The notes: generated from the sequence alone by a model not told the origin. A stretch of 64,000 nt of DNA from Verrucomicrobiota bacterium (GCA_013820875.1 JACDHS010000006.1:17865-81864), one strand, 5' to 3'; positions 16,102-25,084 are shown, counted from the first letter of the stretch. Program-made: numbers and translations.

Positions 16102-17649
16102 CTATAACTCCGGGTTGCGAGGGAACTTCGCGTAAGGGAGACGTGCTCCACGATAATCCATCCGGTCAGCGCGAATCTCCTGTGGCGGCCTGAACCCAAC
16201 GGTTCCAGCCGAACCGATCAGGTCATCCTGGTCAATACCGTCACCCGATATTCCAATTGCTCCAATCAACACCCCGTTGCGATACAGTGGAAAGCCGCCG
16301 GGGAAAATGGTGATGCCATTTGGCAGGTTCGGATTGGGCGGAAAAGAATCCGCGGGTAAGCCGACAAATGCTCCATTCAACGAATTGAATCCGACGAAAC
16401 CTGAAAACCGTTCCTGCAAACCCAGAAAGGGTCCCGGCGTTGTGTCAACAATCCCCGGCGGATACATACTCTGCGCCATAAACCCGACGGTTCGCGTGGA
16501 GAAGGCGCGGTTGTTGTTCGAGAAGAAGAGGGCCGTCCGCGCTTTCTGCACCGAAACGTCCCAACTGAAAATTGTGGCATCGGGAGTGCGGAAGGTTCCA
16601 AGAATCGGGGGCCGTCCTCCCGGTTCATTCGGATTTCCAATTACCGAAATAAAGACCTGCGCTGGTTGCCCAACCGGCAAACGAATCCCTCCGCGAGTAA
16701 TGCTCGCGCGGTACGCCGCACGGGCAATGATCAACCGAACCTCGCGAGCACTCAAACGGGGTTGGCCATCAATCAAGCCCGGAAGCGGATCACCCCGAAT
16801 CGGCGCGCGAACTTCACCAAGCACCCCGCCAACCAACATCTTCGGATAGCTGACATTCGGACTGCTGCGAATGGGATAAGGGGCAACCTCTCCGCCGAGG
16901 TCCGCTACGGAGGAAGGATCCACCACTTGTGTCGAACTCGAAATATAGGCCACGCGAATTCCATCAATAAAAACATTTGAACCGGCGATGGTTGGATGCG
17001 GCGAGTAGCCCACCTGCCCTGCCAGCGCGATGTCTTCGTCCACATCATAGACTTGTGTGACCTGAATGTTTTCCGAACCGTCCCCTGTCACGCCAATGCC
17101 GCCAATCGCGATTCCGTTCTTATAGAGAGGCACGCCTCCTGGCGAGCCTGCCAGTGACGTGCCGGGGATCGGCGCCCCGTTGGCACCGCTGGGCCCCGAG
17201 TCCGTGCCGGGTCGCACGGTGAATGTGCCGGGATCTTTAAAACGATTGACTCTGCTGAAAGGCAGATTGGAAAAATTAACACCGACGAGCGGACCAGGCG
17301 GCCGATTGGCGATGCCCGGAGGAAAATGCTGCTGCACGATGAAACCCGCCGTGCGACTGGTCAATGCCTGGTCGTTACTGCTGAGAAATGCGGCAGTGCC
17401 AGCCTTTGCAACGGCGGCCGCAATTTTGTTGGCCCGGTTCACCGGATTCGTCGGAATCGCACCGACCGCCCATACTCCGAGCACATAGCCCTCGCGATCG
17501 ACCACGGCGATAAAACTGTTCGGGGAAATTGCCTTCGCGCGAGCCGCGGCCTGGTTGATGACAATCTGCACATCCTCGGCCTGCATCTGGGCAAAGGCCG
17601 GCAACTGACAGAGTAGCAAAGAGAGGAACAGCAAACAGAATCTCATCAT
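16102..17649 (-). CDS. Secreted protein with two tandem GlcG/DUF336 (HbpS-like) domains
   Basis: Trimmed to ATG 17649 (MMRFCLLFLSLLLCQLPAFAQ). There are two copies of the pattern ...AKAGTAAFLSS/ARTALFFSN...GG(V/F)PLY(K/R)NG..IG(G/A)IG(V/I)(T/S)GDG. Confidence 0.7.
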   Translation of the reverse strand: MMRFCLLFLSLLLCQLPAFAQMQAEDVQIVINQAAARAKAISPNSFIAVVDREGYVLGVWAVGAIPTNPVNRANKIAAAVAKAGTAAFLSSNDQALTSRTAGFIVQQHFPPGIANRPPGPLVGVNFSNLPFSRVNRFKDPGTFTVRPGTDSGPSGANGAPIPGTSLAGSPGGVPLYKNGIAIGGIGVTGDGSENIQVTQVYDVDEDIALAGQVGYSPHPTIAGSNVFIDGIRVAYISSSTQVVDPSSVADLGGEVAPYPIRSSPNVSYPKMLVGGVLGEVRAPIRGDPLPGLIDGQPRLSAREVRLIIARAAYRASITRGGIRLPVGQPAQVFISVIGNPNEPGGRPPILGTFRTPDATIFSWDVSVQKARTALFFSNNNRAFSTRTVGFMAQSMYPPGIVDTTPGPFLGLQERFSGFVGFNSLNGAFVGLPADSFPPNPNLPNGITIFPGGFPLYRNGVLIGAIGISGDGIDQDDLIGSAGTVGFRPPQEIRADRMDYRGARLPYAKFPRNPEL

Positions 17650-17703
17650 CCTGCCTTCTTTGTAAAAAATTCCGCGTCTGAACGCGAGGGCAAAACAAAT
17701 CCG

Positions 17704-17741
17704 ATCAAACAAAAAAGGCACTCTGAAAACAGAGTGCCTTT
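17704..17741 (-). terminator. Intrinsic terminator downstream of the HU gene
   Basis: aaaggcactctg (17714-17725) pairs perfectly with cagagtgccttt (17730-17741) around a 4-nt loop. On the minus strand it is followed by TTTTTTGTTTG. Confidence 0.8.
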
Positions 17742-17766
17742 GATAACCAATCAACAACAAGGAAGA

Positions 17767-18057
17767 TTACTTCTTAACACCGAGAATCGCGTCCTTCGCT
17801 GCTTTGGCAACGCGGAACTTGACGACTTTCTTAGCGGCGATCTTGATCGTTTCGCCAGTGGCCGGATTGCGACCCATGCGGGCTTTGCGTTGCACCAACA
17901 CCAGCTTGCCGATTCCAGGCAGGGTGAAAGTATTCTTCGCATTCTTGTACGCGAGTTCAGCCAGATGATCGAGAATCTCGACACCAACTTTTTTGCTGAC
18001 GCCAATTGAAGATGCAAGTTCTTCGGCGATTTGGGATTTTGTGAGTGCTTTAGCCAT
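17767..18057 (-). CDS. hup: HU/IHF family DNA-binding protein
   Basis: Trimmed to ATG 18057 (MAKALTKSQIAEELA...). The arm motif is RKARMGRNPATGETIKIAAKKVVKFR. Confidence 0.9.
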   Translation of the reverse strand: MAKALTKSQIAEELASSIGVSKKVGVEILDHLAELAYKNAKNTFTLPGIGKLVLVQRKARMGRNPATGETIKIAAKKVVKFRVAKAAKDAILGVKK

Positions 18058-18231
18058 ATTCTTTTTTTTAATTTGCAATCAGGACTTGCCTGATTTGTCT
18101 CCGCATTAAAGCGATTGAAACTTATCACGCAACAGAAAAAGCGCGTTTTGTTGGGGATTTTCTTAAGGCCCGAACCCTCAGAAATCTTTCCAACGGGAAT
18201 CCCTTCCCGGCTAAAATCCGGTTTACTGAAT

Positions 18232-19173
18232 TCAGAGTCGCTCCCTTCCGTGTGGTTTCGCCAGGTCAAGTTCCGGGCCGATCGGCACGATGCCGGTGGG
18301 GTTGATCTCGCGGTGCGTGATGTAGTAATGCCGCTTGATGTGGTCCAGGTTCACAGTCTCGGCTATTCCCAGTTGCTGATAAAGATCGAGCAGATACCCA
18401 TGCAGGTTCGGATAATCAGCGATGCGTCGCAGGTTGCATTTGAAGTGGAGGTAGTAAACGGCATCAAACCGGATCAATGTGCAGAAGAGTCGCCAATCAG
18501 CTTCCACGATGGTCTGCCCGAAAAGGAAACGCTGCCCGGTCAAACGCACTTCGAGTGTATCAAGAGCAGCGAACAAACCTCTGACGGCATGTTCATAGGC
18601 GCGTTGACGGGTGGCAAACCCGGCTTTGTAAACGCCGTTGTTCACCTTGTCATAAATACATTGCGACACCTCTTCGTGTTCGGCTGCGATGTCCTTGGGA
18701 AATAAATCCACTTGGGCGCGCCCGAATTGATTGAAGACGTCATTAAACATCCGGCAGATGTCGTCCTCGGAATTGTTGACGATGCGTTTGGTTTCTTTGT
18801 CCCACAGAACGGGAACGGTGTAGCGCCCTTCGAACTTCGGATCGGTGCCGAGGTAAGCTTCGCTGAGAAAAGCAAAGTGATTAATCGGATCGGTGCTATA
18901 TCCCGGTCCATCGCGGAAGGCCCAGCCGAATTCATCGCGCACCGGATCCACCACAGTCATACCGATTGCTTCCTCCAACCCTTTTAACTTTCGAACAATG
19001 ACCGTTCGACTGGCCCACGGGCAGGCCAGCGAAACATAAAGGTGATACCGTCCCGCCACGGCTGGATAGCGCGTGGAGCCGTCATTGGAAATCCAATCGC
19101 GAAACGCATCCTCCTGTCGCGCGAATTCACCAGTCTTCGATTGTTCCTGCGGAAATTGTGCGGTGGCAGTCAT
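18232..19173 (-). CDS. Xi-class glutathione transferase / glutathionyl-hydroquinone reductase (YqjG/ECM4-like)
   Basis: Trimmed to ATG 19173. It has RYHLYVSLACPWASRT (the CPWA motif) and a GST C-terminal fold pattern. Confidence 0.8.
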   Translation of the reverse strand: MTATAQFPQEQSKTGEFARQEDAFRDWISNDGSTRYPAVAGRYHLYVSLACPWASRTVIVRKLKGLEEAIGMTVVDPVRDEFGWAFRDGPGYSTDPINHFAFLSEAYLGTDPKFEGRYTVPVLWDKETKRIVNNSEDDICRMFNDVFNQFGRAQVDLFPKDIAAEHEEVSQCIYDKVNNGVYKAGFATRQRAYEHAVRGLFAALDTLEVRLTGQRFLFGQTIVEADWRLFCTLIRFDAVYYLHFKCNLRRIADYPNLHGYLLDLYQQLGIAETVNLDHIKRHYYITHREINPTGIVPIGPELDLAKPHGRERL

Positions 19174-19317
19174 AACCTGATCATGTTTTCCAAACGAACT
19201 TAACACGTTTGAAATTATTTCGTAGCGCGCATCTGTTTTGGCAACCCATGCTTCCGCTGAGAAGCAAAACAGGTGATGCCCGAATTTTCCTCTTACCAAT
19301 TCAAATTACTTTCCTGC

Positions 19318-20517
19318 ATGAAATCACAATGGGTTTTCACAATAGCGCTCCTTGGCACGTTGGGTGCCGCCGCACAGGAAGACGGCAAATCACCGATAAA
19401 GGAAAAAATTGAAAGCTACACATTGCGTCCGGCACAACGCGAACCTTCGGACGAACGGATCAAACAACTCAAGCTCGCACCCGGTTTTCAAATCAATGTG
19501 TTCGCAAAAGATCTTGGCAATTCCCGAATGATGGCAGTGGCGCCCGATGGGACGGTGTTTGTGGCACGTCGCGAGCAAGGGGAAGTTTCAGCATTGCGCG
19601 ACACCAATAATGACGGTGTGGCAGACATCAACGAAGTGGTCTTCAAAGACATCGATGATGTCCATGGCGTCACCGTTCACGACGGCTACCTCTACCTTGT
19701 GGCAATCAAAGAACTGTACCGTGCCCCGCTGCAAAATGGCAGACCCGGCAAGTTGGAAACGTTGATTGACGATATTCCTGATGGTGGACAGCACCCGAAT
19801 CGCACCATTGCATTCGGGCCTGATGGCGCGCTTTATCTCTCCGTCGGCAGCACCTGCAATGCATGCATCGAACCCAACCCGGAACACGCCACCATGCTGC
19901 GCGTGGATCCCAAAGACTGGAGTCGCAAGGTGTATGCGAAAGGATTACGCAACACCATCGGCTTCGATTGGCATCCACAAACGAAAGCGTTCTGGGGCTG
20001 GGACCATGGCTCCGATGAATTGGGCAACGATATTCCGCCCGAAGAGTTGAACCTGATTAAACAAGGCGGTGATTACGGTTGGCCCTTCTGCTATGGTAAA
20101 CAGGTAATTGATCCCAAGATGAAAGATCCCAAAGAAGGCACCAAAGGAGAACATTGCGCGCAAACGATTGGATCCACATTGGAATACCAGGCCCACAGCG
20201 CGCCCATGGCCTTCACCTTTTACACAGGCTCACAATTTCCTTTGGAATATCAAAACAATGGTTTTGTAGCGATGCGCGGTTCGTGGAATCGTAAACCCGC
20301 CACCGGCTACAAGATTGTGCGGGTGAAATTCCAGGACGGAAAACCTGCCGGCACGGAAGATTTTGTCTCCGGATTCTTAATCGAAAATGGCGCGGCACAT
20401 TTTGGAAGGCTCTCAGGTATCGCCATGGCGCAGGATGGTTCCCTGCTCTTTTCCGACGATGCCAATGGAGTGGTTTACCGCGTCTCCTACATGGGAGCGG
20501 GCGCAGAACAAAACTGA
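19318..20517 (+). CDS. PQQ-dependent sugar (sorbosone/aldose) dehydrogenase-like beta-propeller, secreted
   Basis: Trimmed to ATG 19318 ([20 protein letters not shown]). Motifs: [43 protein letters not shown]. Confidence 0.7.
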   Translation: MKSQWVFTIALLGTLGAAAQEDGKSPIKEKIESYTLRPAQREPSDERIKQLKLAPGFQINVFAKDLGNSRMMAVAPDGTVFVARREQGEVSALRDTNNDGVADINEVVFKDIDDVHGVTVHDGYLYLVAIKELYRAPLQNGRPGKLETLIDDIPDGGQHPNRTIAFGPDGALYLSVGSTCNACIEPNPEHATMLRVDPKDWSRKVYAKGLRNTIGFDWHPQTKAFWGWDHGSDELGNDIPPEELNLIKQGGDYGWPFCYGKQVIDPKMKDPKEGTKGEHCAQTIGSTLEYQAHSAPMAFTFYTGSQFPLEYQNNGFVAMRGSWNRKPATGYKIVRVKFQDGKPAGTEDFVSGFLIENGAAHFGRLSGIAMAQDGSLLFSDDANGVVYRVSYMGAGAEQN

Positions 20518-20548
20518 TGAAACTTACATTCTTGAAAAGGCAGTGAAA

Positions 20549-21253
20549 ATGGAGAAACGCCCACCGCAACGCTCCGGTTTCACGCTCATTGAACTACTGG
20601 TTGTTATCGCGATCATTGCCATTCTCGCCGGGCTGCTCCTCCCTGCGCTCTCCAAAGCAAAGCAGAGATCGCACCGCGCCGCCTGCCTTTCCAACCTTCG
20701 CCAGATCGGCTTTGCCTTCAGCATGTATGTTTCAGACAACGACCATCGCTTCCCGGATCAGCGCGATTTAAAAAACGATCTCGGCTACAAACCATGGACC
20801 ACATGGCCTCCCTCCGATCCGCGCTCCGGCTGGGCGGCTGCAACGCTCCACAACTACTTAAGGAACTTTGAAATCTGGTCGTGTCCAGCCGTGAAAACAT
20901 CGCCGCTCCGCGATGTCGAACAATGCAACCAATCGGTCTCCACTGAACCCGATGCTCCGGTGGCTCGCTACTGGTTGTGGCGGTTCGATCGTGCGGAAGC
21001 CGAAATACCGTTGGACAATTTCTGGGGAAAGAACGAGCAACAGATCATTCACGACTTGCGCGCTGCCGAAAATCCGCAGGTCGGAATGCCTGCGGCGACT
21101 TCAGATGTGGAATTGGTCGTCGATCCTTATTTCCCTAACACCATAGGATCGTTGCCGTCCGAAATTCGCGGCCTGGCAGTTCATCCGCAAGGCAGGAACC
21201 AATTGTTTCTCGATGGTCACGCCAAATTTTTGAAAGACGCCCGGTTGAGGTAA
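20549..21253 (+). CDS. Prepilin-type N-terminal cleavage/methylation domain protein of the H-X9-DG family
   Basis: Trimmed to ATG 20549. N-terminal motif [30 protein letters not shown]-terminal [13 protein letters not shown] gives H-X9-DG. Confidence 0.85.
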   Translation: MEKRPPQRSGFTLIELLVVIAIIAILAGLLLPALSKAKQRSHRAACLSNLRQIGFAFSMYVSDNDHRFPDQRDLKNDLGYKPWTTWPPSDPRSGWAAATLHNYLRNFEIWSCPAVKTSPLRDVEQCNQSVSTEPDAPVARYWLWRFDRAEAEIPLDNFWGKNEQQIIHDLRAAENPQVGMPAATSDVELVVDPYFPNTIGSLPSEIRGLAVHPQGRNQLFLDGHAKFLKDARLR

Positions 21254-21455
21254 AAACGGTCCCTCCTCGGGAACATTTTTCCTGGATTCCCGGGATAGCT
21301 CCCCGGCCTCGGAAGAATGATCTGTCCCACAGTCTCACAACCCTTTTTCACGACAGAGATTTCACCCTGAAAACCGCATTGGAACCCGGTTAAAAGTCGT
21401 AAACCATTTCACTGGAGGGGGTTTCCAGCATGGAGTTGGGTGATAAAGAACGCGA

Positions 21456-21682
21456 TGGAGGTCTTCCAAATTATTTTGGAGCGCAAGAATTTACATTTTT
21501 CGGCCTCCAAACTTTTTTGGAGCGCAAGAATTTACATTTTTCGGCCTCCAAACTTTTTTGGAGCACAAGAATTTACATTTTTCGGTCTCCAAACTTTTTT
21601 GGAGCACAAGAATTTACAATTTTTGGTCTCCAAACTTTTTTGGAACGCAAAGAATTACATTTTTCGGCACCCATTTTGATTC
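21456..21682. repeat. Tandem array, 41-bp period, about 5.5 units, with a hairpin at each unit junction
   Basis: Units start at 21478, 21519, 21560, 21601 and 21642 (ggagcgcaagaatttacatttttcggcctccaaactttttt), with a partial unit at 21456. CTCCAAA-cttt-TTTGGAG spans each junction (for example 21505-21522). Confidence 0.9.
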
Positions 21683-21783
21683 ACTGACTTCTATTCCACC
21701 GCAAACGTCGAGGAACCTGCGCCACCTTCATAAACCGCTGTCTTGAAAGCCGTTACAAACCGGGAACAGGACCCAAACCGGCA

Positions 21784-21968
21784 TTTTTTCCCGCGGAAAA
21801 AGTCTGAGTCAGCTTCTGATTCCGTTTTTTTCCGGCGGAAAAGTTGTGATCAGAGCTGGAGCGTGTTTTTTCCCGCGGAAAAATCGTCCATCAGCTTCTG
21901 ATCACAACTTTTCCGCCGGAAAAAATGCCGATCTGGTCGTGAATCGGACTTTTTTTTCCGGGAAAAAT
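21784..21968. repeat. Cluster of five TTTTCC(N3-5)GGAAAA palindromes, including a 101-bp near-perfect palindrome
   Basis: Palindrome centres lie at about 21793, 21835, 21875, 21916 and 21960. Arms 21825-21858 and 21892-21925 are reverse complements with a single 1-nt indel. Confidence 0.9.
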
Positions 21969-22237
21969 GAACCCAATAAGCAGAGAGGAAAGTCGTCCGC
22001 GGAACACAATAGAGTGCGAAGCGACACCCGTTTTAGTTCCGTTCAAAAATCCATCCCAACACTCCGATGCGCGGGCGTGCGCTGGCGAACTTGTGGGGAG
22101 TGACAAATGTCCCATCTCGATCAGGAGTCGGGAGCAAACAACGAGCTTTTTTGCTTCTCCGAATTTAGATGACGTCAGCCCTGATATTGATTGCCTGTGC
22201 GCTTGCCGATATAGGCATGTTGGATACACTGCTTGAG

Positions 22238-22244
22238 GTTAGCC
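22238..22244 (+). other. Core-site-like GTTAGCC at the array start (attI or degraded attC remnant?)
   Basis: GTTAGCC lies 3 nt upstream of ATG 22248. I found no convincing inverted partner upstream. Confidence 0.3.
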
Positions 22245-22247
22245 AGT

Positions 22248-22736
22248 ATGACCCCGACTCGAGCACAGTATTTCTTCGCAAGAGGCATACCGCTTCGCGT
22301 GTTATCTTTGCTTTTTTTCATTGGTGTCCCTCTCTGTTTTGCGTATGTCGTGGCAGGTGTTCTCACGCACGTTTATGAGCCTCTCTCCAGCGTTTGGAAT
22401 CTACTAAAGCTGGGGTTTTATGTGATCGTTGCACTGCTATTGAGCTTTCTCGTGACTCTCGTTATGGGGGGGTTCCTGGTGGGCATCTTTTGGCCGCTGT
22501 TTCGGCCTCTATATGAGGCACGCTGCAGGAAGAACGGCGCGCCGTTTCATGTTGGTGATCGCGTTCGCATACTCGTGGGCCGCAACAAAGATCGGGTTAC
22601 CAGAGTTTACAGTGATTGGAGGGATGATTGTGTGCGGGTGGAACTGGGTGAGGAGGAGAAAGAAGAGTTCAAGGACATTTTCTCGATCATCCAACTCGTT
22701 AGAGAGGATGCCGAATCGGGTAGCCGGAATGATTGA
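22248..22736 (+). CDS. Cassette ORF: small membrane protein (3 TM) with soluble C-terminal domain
   Basis: Trimmed from the track's TTG 22233 to ATG 22248 (MTPTRAQYFF...). The hydrophobic segments are clear. The last 8-10 codons (..DAESGSRND*) are encoded by repeat element B. Confidence 0.6.
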   Translation: MTPTRAQYFFARGIPLRVLSLLFFIGVPLCFAYVVAGVLTHVYEPLSSVWNLLKLGFYVIVALLLSFLVTLVMGGFLVGIFWPLFRPLYEARCRKNGAPFHVGDRVRILVGRNKDRVTRVYSDWRDDCVRVELGEEEKEEFKDIFSIIQLVREDAESGSRND

Positions 22737-22809
22737 CCTCCCCCCACACCACCTGACATGCGGGTCCGCGCCTCAGTTTCGAGCGAACCTGGAATAACCA
22801 TTCCGGACT
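22714..22809 (+). repeat. Element B, copy 1 (3-copy structured repeat)
   Basis: The core aatcgggtagccggaaKgattgacc..cccccacaccacctgaYatgcgggtccgc is shared with 27284 and 28244. A local stem pairs agccggaatg (22722-31) with cattccgg(a)ct (22799-809). Confidence 0.85.
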
Positions 22810-22910
22810 CTCTTGGATCACGCTGTTGGCTTGACTTTCCATCGTAAAAATTCAAGTTCAGCAAATGGTTTTTGCCCCAGACGCCCACCCAAGGCAATCG
22901 GATAGTCCCG

Positions 22911-22974
22911 CCCGAAAACCCGAGCCAATATCAAGTTATCAGGGCAAATCTGCCTGTGAATCATATGGTTCGGT
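22911..22974 (+). repeat. Weak attC-like element ending in GTTCGGT
   Basis: GTTCGGT (22968-22974) lies 6 nt before ATG 22981. A possible inverse core is cccgaaaac at 22911-22919. The internal pairing is poor. Confidence 0.3.
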
Positions 22975-22980
22975 GGAAGC

Positions 22981-23661
22981 ATGATGAACACGCAACGCTT
23001 GATTCAAATAGGGGAGTCATTAGCTCGGCCTTGCATTTACCTGAACCATGCCCCCTCCAAAGGCGCCGCAGTTGCCGCTTATTGGGCGGGAAGTCGCAAA
23101 GATATTCCAGACGAGATTCCTCAGCCCAGTGCGTACTGTTCCCGACGGCATATCCTCACGATTGAGCCGCATCTTTTCGCCGAACTTGGTTTAGATGTTC
23201 GTCGCCCCTTCTGTGTATATGAGGAGGAAGACCAAGAAGGGGCGATTCACCCGACCATATATTTACCAGAGTCGCCTGCGTTTTCAGAGATTCAGTGCTC
23301 CGGTGTTCCCCTGTTTCCGAGAAAAGACCGGTCTTTTCCTCCATTTCAGGCAGCCTGTTTGTATGGAGGCGAAGAGGTAGCCGCTTGGTTAAATTCGCTC
23401 GGCAAGAAGCCCTGGGAATATACACACGTCGCGAATGAGGTCAGGAGCGGGTATGATGCCGAATACCGAAGGCGATCGCCACTTTACACTAAAGGAGCAG
23501 ATGTGATGCTCGGCGGTTGGCATACGATTTGGCATTGGGACTCGTTTTACATGCCCGCAGAGATGCGATTGCTCGCTTGGACCTTTCGTGATGCCGAGCC
23601 GTGGTACGAGGTTTGGCTTGATCAGATAGGGAATCTAAGTGTGAAAACACGGACCACTTAG
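22981..23661 (+). CDS. Cassette ORF: hypothetical protein (226 aa)
   Basis: Long ORF with ordinary composition. The C-terminal MLGGWHTIWHWDSFYM...LLAWTFRDAEPWYEVWL faintly resembles YwqG/DUF1963-type proteins, but I cannot confirm this. Confidence 0.55.
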   Translation: MMNTQRLIQIGESLARPCIYLNHAPSKGAAVAAYWAGSRKDIPDEIPQPSAYCSRRHILTIEPHLFAELGLDVRRPFCVYEEEDQEGAIHPTIYLPESPAFSEIQCSGVPLFPRKDRSFPPFQAACLYGGEEVAAWLNSLGKKPWEYTHVANEVRSGYDAEYRRRSPLYTKGADVMLGGWHTIWHWDSFYMPAEMRLLAWTFRDAEPWYEVWLDQIGNLSVKTRTT

Positions 23662-23719
23662 CAGACCTGAGCCGGGCGGAAAATGTTACTCTGCCGCAAG
23701 TTGCCCAACCAAAGCGTCG

Positions 23720-23792
23720 AGCCAACGGCCGGTTGCGCTTTTTGTTTTGTCCTTGAGTCACTGGCCAGCGGTGGCTCACGCTGGCGTTAGCC
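23720..23792 (+). repeat. attC-like element (AGCCAAC ... GTTAGCC)
   Basis: Inverse core AGCCAAC at 23720-26 and core GTTAGCC at 23786-92, 13 nt before ATG 23806. The internal stems are imperfect (for example ccagcg/cgctgg). Confidence 0.35.
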
Positions 23793-23805
23793 TGCATTCG
23801 CGCGC

Positions 23806-24372
23806 ATGAACTCTTCACTCCATCGGTTAATCACGATTGAGCCGCCACCAATTCACTTGGTTGCGCCCGGATCGCTGGCGGATTGGTCGCGAGTTGAGAC
23901 AGAAGTTGGCGCTCGGTTGCCACAAGACTTTAAGGATTACATTTCGGTTTATGGTGCGGGGCAATGGGGCGATTTCTTTGGAGTGATTAACCCCTTCTAC
24001 AAGTGGAAGCATCCGCAAGCGCAGGAGAGTTGGCGCGCTTGGATGGATCTGCGTTTGGGAGGATTGGAAGAGATGGGACGGAAGTATCCGCAGTACACCG
24101 CCCCATTCCGTCCGCACCCTGCCTCGGATGGCCTGCTTGCATTCGGGTATAATGACAACGGAGGCACTTTGTGCTGGCAGGCATCGGGAGAGCCAGACTC
24201 CTGGCGCATTGTGTGCCTCGATGGAAAATTGTCGGAGGAGTATGATGCGTTCGACATGACGCTGACTGCTTTTCTTGCGGCATTGCTGAGCGAGGAGATT
24301 TCTCTACGGACATTTGCGCCGGATTTCTTTCCAGTTCGGCGGCCGGCGTTTCGACCTTACACGACAGAATGA
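23806..24372 (+). CDS. Cassette ORF: SMI1/KNR4 (SUKH-1) family protein, immunity-protein-like
   Basis: WSRVETEVGARLPQDFKDYISVYGAG...LLAFGYNDNGGTLCW matches the SMI1_KNR4 pattern (W..iE..lG..LP.dyk.fl..yGg). Confidence 0.7.
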   Translation: MNSSLHRLITIEPPPIHLVAPGSLADWSRVETEVGARLPQDFKDYISVYGAGQWGDFFGVINPFYKWKHPQAQESWRAWMDLRLGGLEEMGRKYPQYTAPFRPHPASDGLLAFGYNDNGGTLCWQASGEPDSWRIVCLDGKLSEEYDAFDMTLTAFLAALLSEEISLRTFAPDFFPVRRPAFRPYTTE

Positions 24373-24379
24373 CCATGCA

Positions 24380-24505
24380 GGCTATCAAGGTCGGTGCAGA
24401 CAACAGCGCCCCGCGCTTTGGCCTTGTTGCTTTTCTGATTTTTCTAGCCACTATTGCAGTCGGCGCGGCGCTCACGGGCGCTGTGTCTGACCTGATTCAT
24501 TAGCC
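24380..24505 (+). repeat. attC-like imperfect palindrome (GGCTATC ... ATTAGCC), 126 bp
   Basis: The left arm ggctatcaaggtcggtgcagacaacagcgcc..gcgc matches the reverse complement of the right arm ggctaatgaatcaggtcagacacagcgcc..gcgc, with several bulges. It starts 8 nt after the stop and ends 15 nt before ATG 24521. Confidence 0.6.
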
Positions 24506-24520
24506 ACAATCAAACAATCC

Positions 24521-25084
24521 ATGGGCCTACATATTCAAACACTCGATGCGATTCCCGCAGATGCGGGACGCAAATACTTCATCTATCTTCTCGACTACGG
24601 CTGGGAGGAACCTCTCGTGAATACCTTAATGCAGAATTTCACGAATATGGCCCGTATGGCCTCTGACTCCGATGCAGTAGTCATCGCCGGCATCTCGCCC
24701 GTCCATTTTGCTAATGATGTGTTCTCGTGGCACGGCATCAACGGTGAGGATGGAGAAGCTATCTTACCAGCGATAATGATTACATCCTTGCACCCCACGT
24801 ATTTCATCGAAAATCAAAACGGAGCAAGAGGCGAGATAAGCGACAAATTGATCATCATTCCGCTGAAGAAGGCGTGCAAGACGACCGATGACGTAATCAA
24901 GCTTATCCAATCTATATTTAAGGACATCAAGGGAGGCGGCGCTCCGATGTCCTTTTCAGTTGCGAAAGAAATGAAGAAAGAAGAGCACGGAAGATTCGCC
25001 GATTCTCTACTTCTAGAACCGAATTTTGCGGGAGTTGGAGTCAGGCTTCCTCAGTTACTGCAATGGCTCGTAAAGAAGAAATAG
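24521..25084 (+). CDS. Cassette ORF: hypothetical protein (187 aa)
   Basis: Clean ORF bounded by attC-like elements. I recognise no motif. Confidence 0.55.
   Translation: MGLHIQTLDAIPADAGRKYFIYLLDYGWEEPLVNTLMQNFTNMARMASDSDAVVIAGISPVHFANDVFSWHGINGEDGEAILPAIMITSLHPTYFIENQNGARGEISDKLIIIPLKKACKTTDDVIKLIQSIFKDIKGGGAPMSFSVAKEMKKEEHGRFADSLLLEPNFAGVGVRLPQLLQWLVKKK

Noticed and set aside
21430-21746. ORF-track ORFs (85, 79 and 62 aa) running through the 41-bp tandem array, and the possibility that the array is a CRISPR.
   Set aside because: The peptides are just periodic translations of the repeat (..FFGAQEFTFFGLQTFLERKNLHFSASKL.. repeated). The units abut with no unique spacers, and no cas genes are present in the window.
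21891-22229. A 112-aa minus-strand ORF directly upstream of the cassette array, considered as a candidate degraded integron integrase. It contains ..MGHLSLPTSSPAHA.., vaguely like the GH..T...Y.H box.
   Set aside because: There is no catalytic Tyr at the expected spacing and no R..H.LRH box. The motif sits near the N-terminus rather than the C-terminus, and the ORF overlaps the palindrome cluster. It is most likely a chance ORF.
22714-22809. Interpreting element B itself as the attC site of its cassette. This would add short ORF-less cassettes at 22810-22967 and 27363-27662.
   Set aside because: The idea is not fully excluded, since the 3' end reads GTTCCGG. However, copy 1 lacks the GTT, and a better core sits immediately upstream of the next ATG in both internal cases. 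I therefore treat B as cassette cargo or a separate element and flag the ambiguity in the findings.
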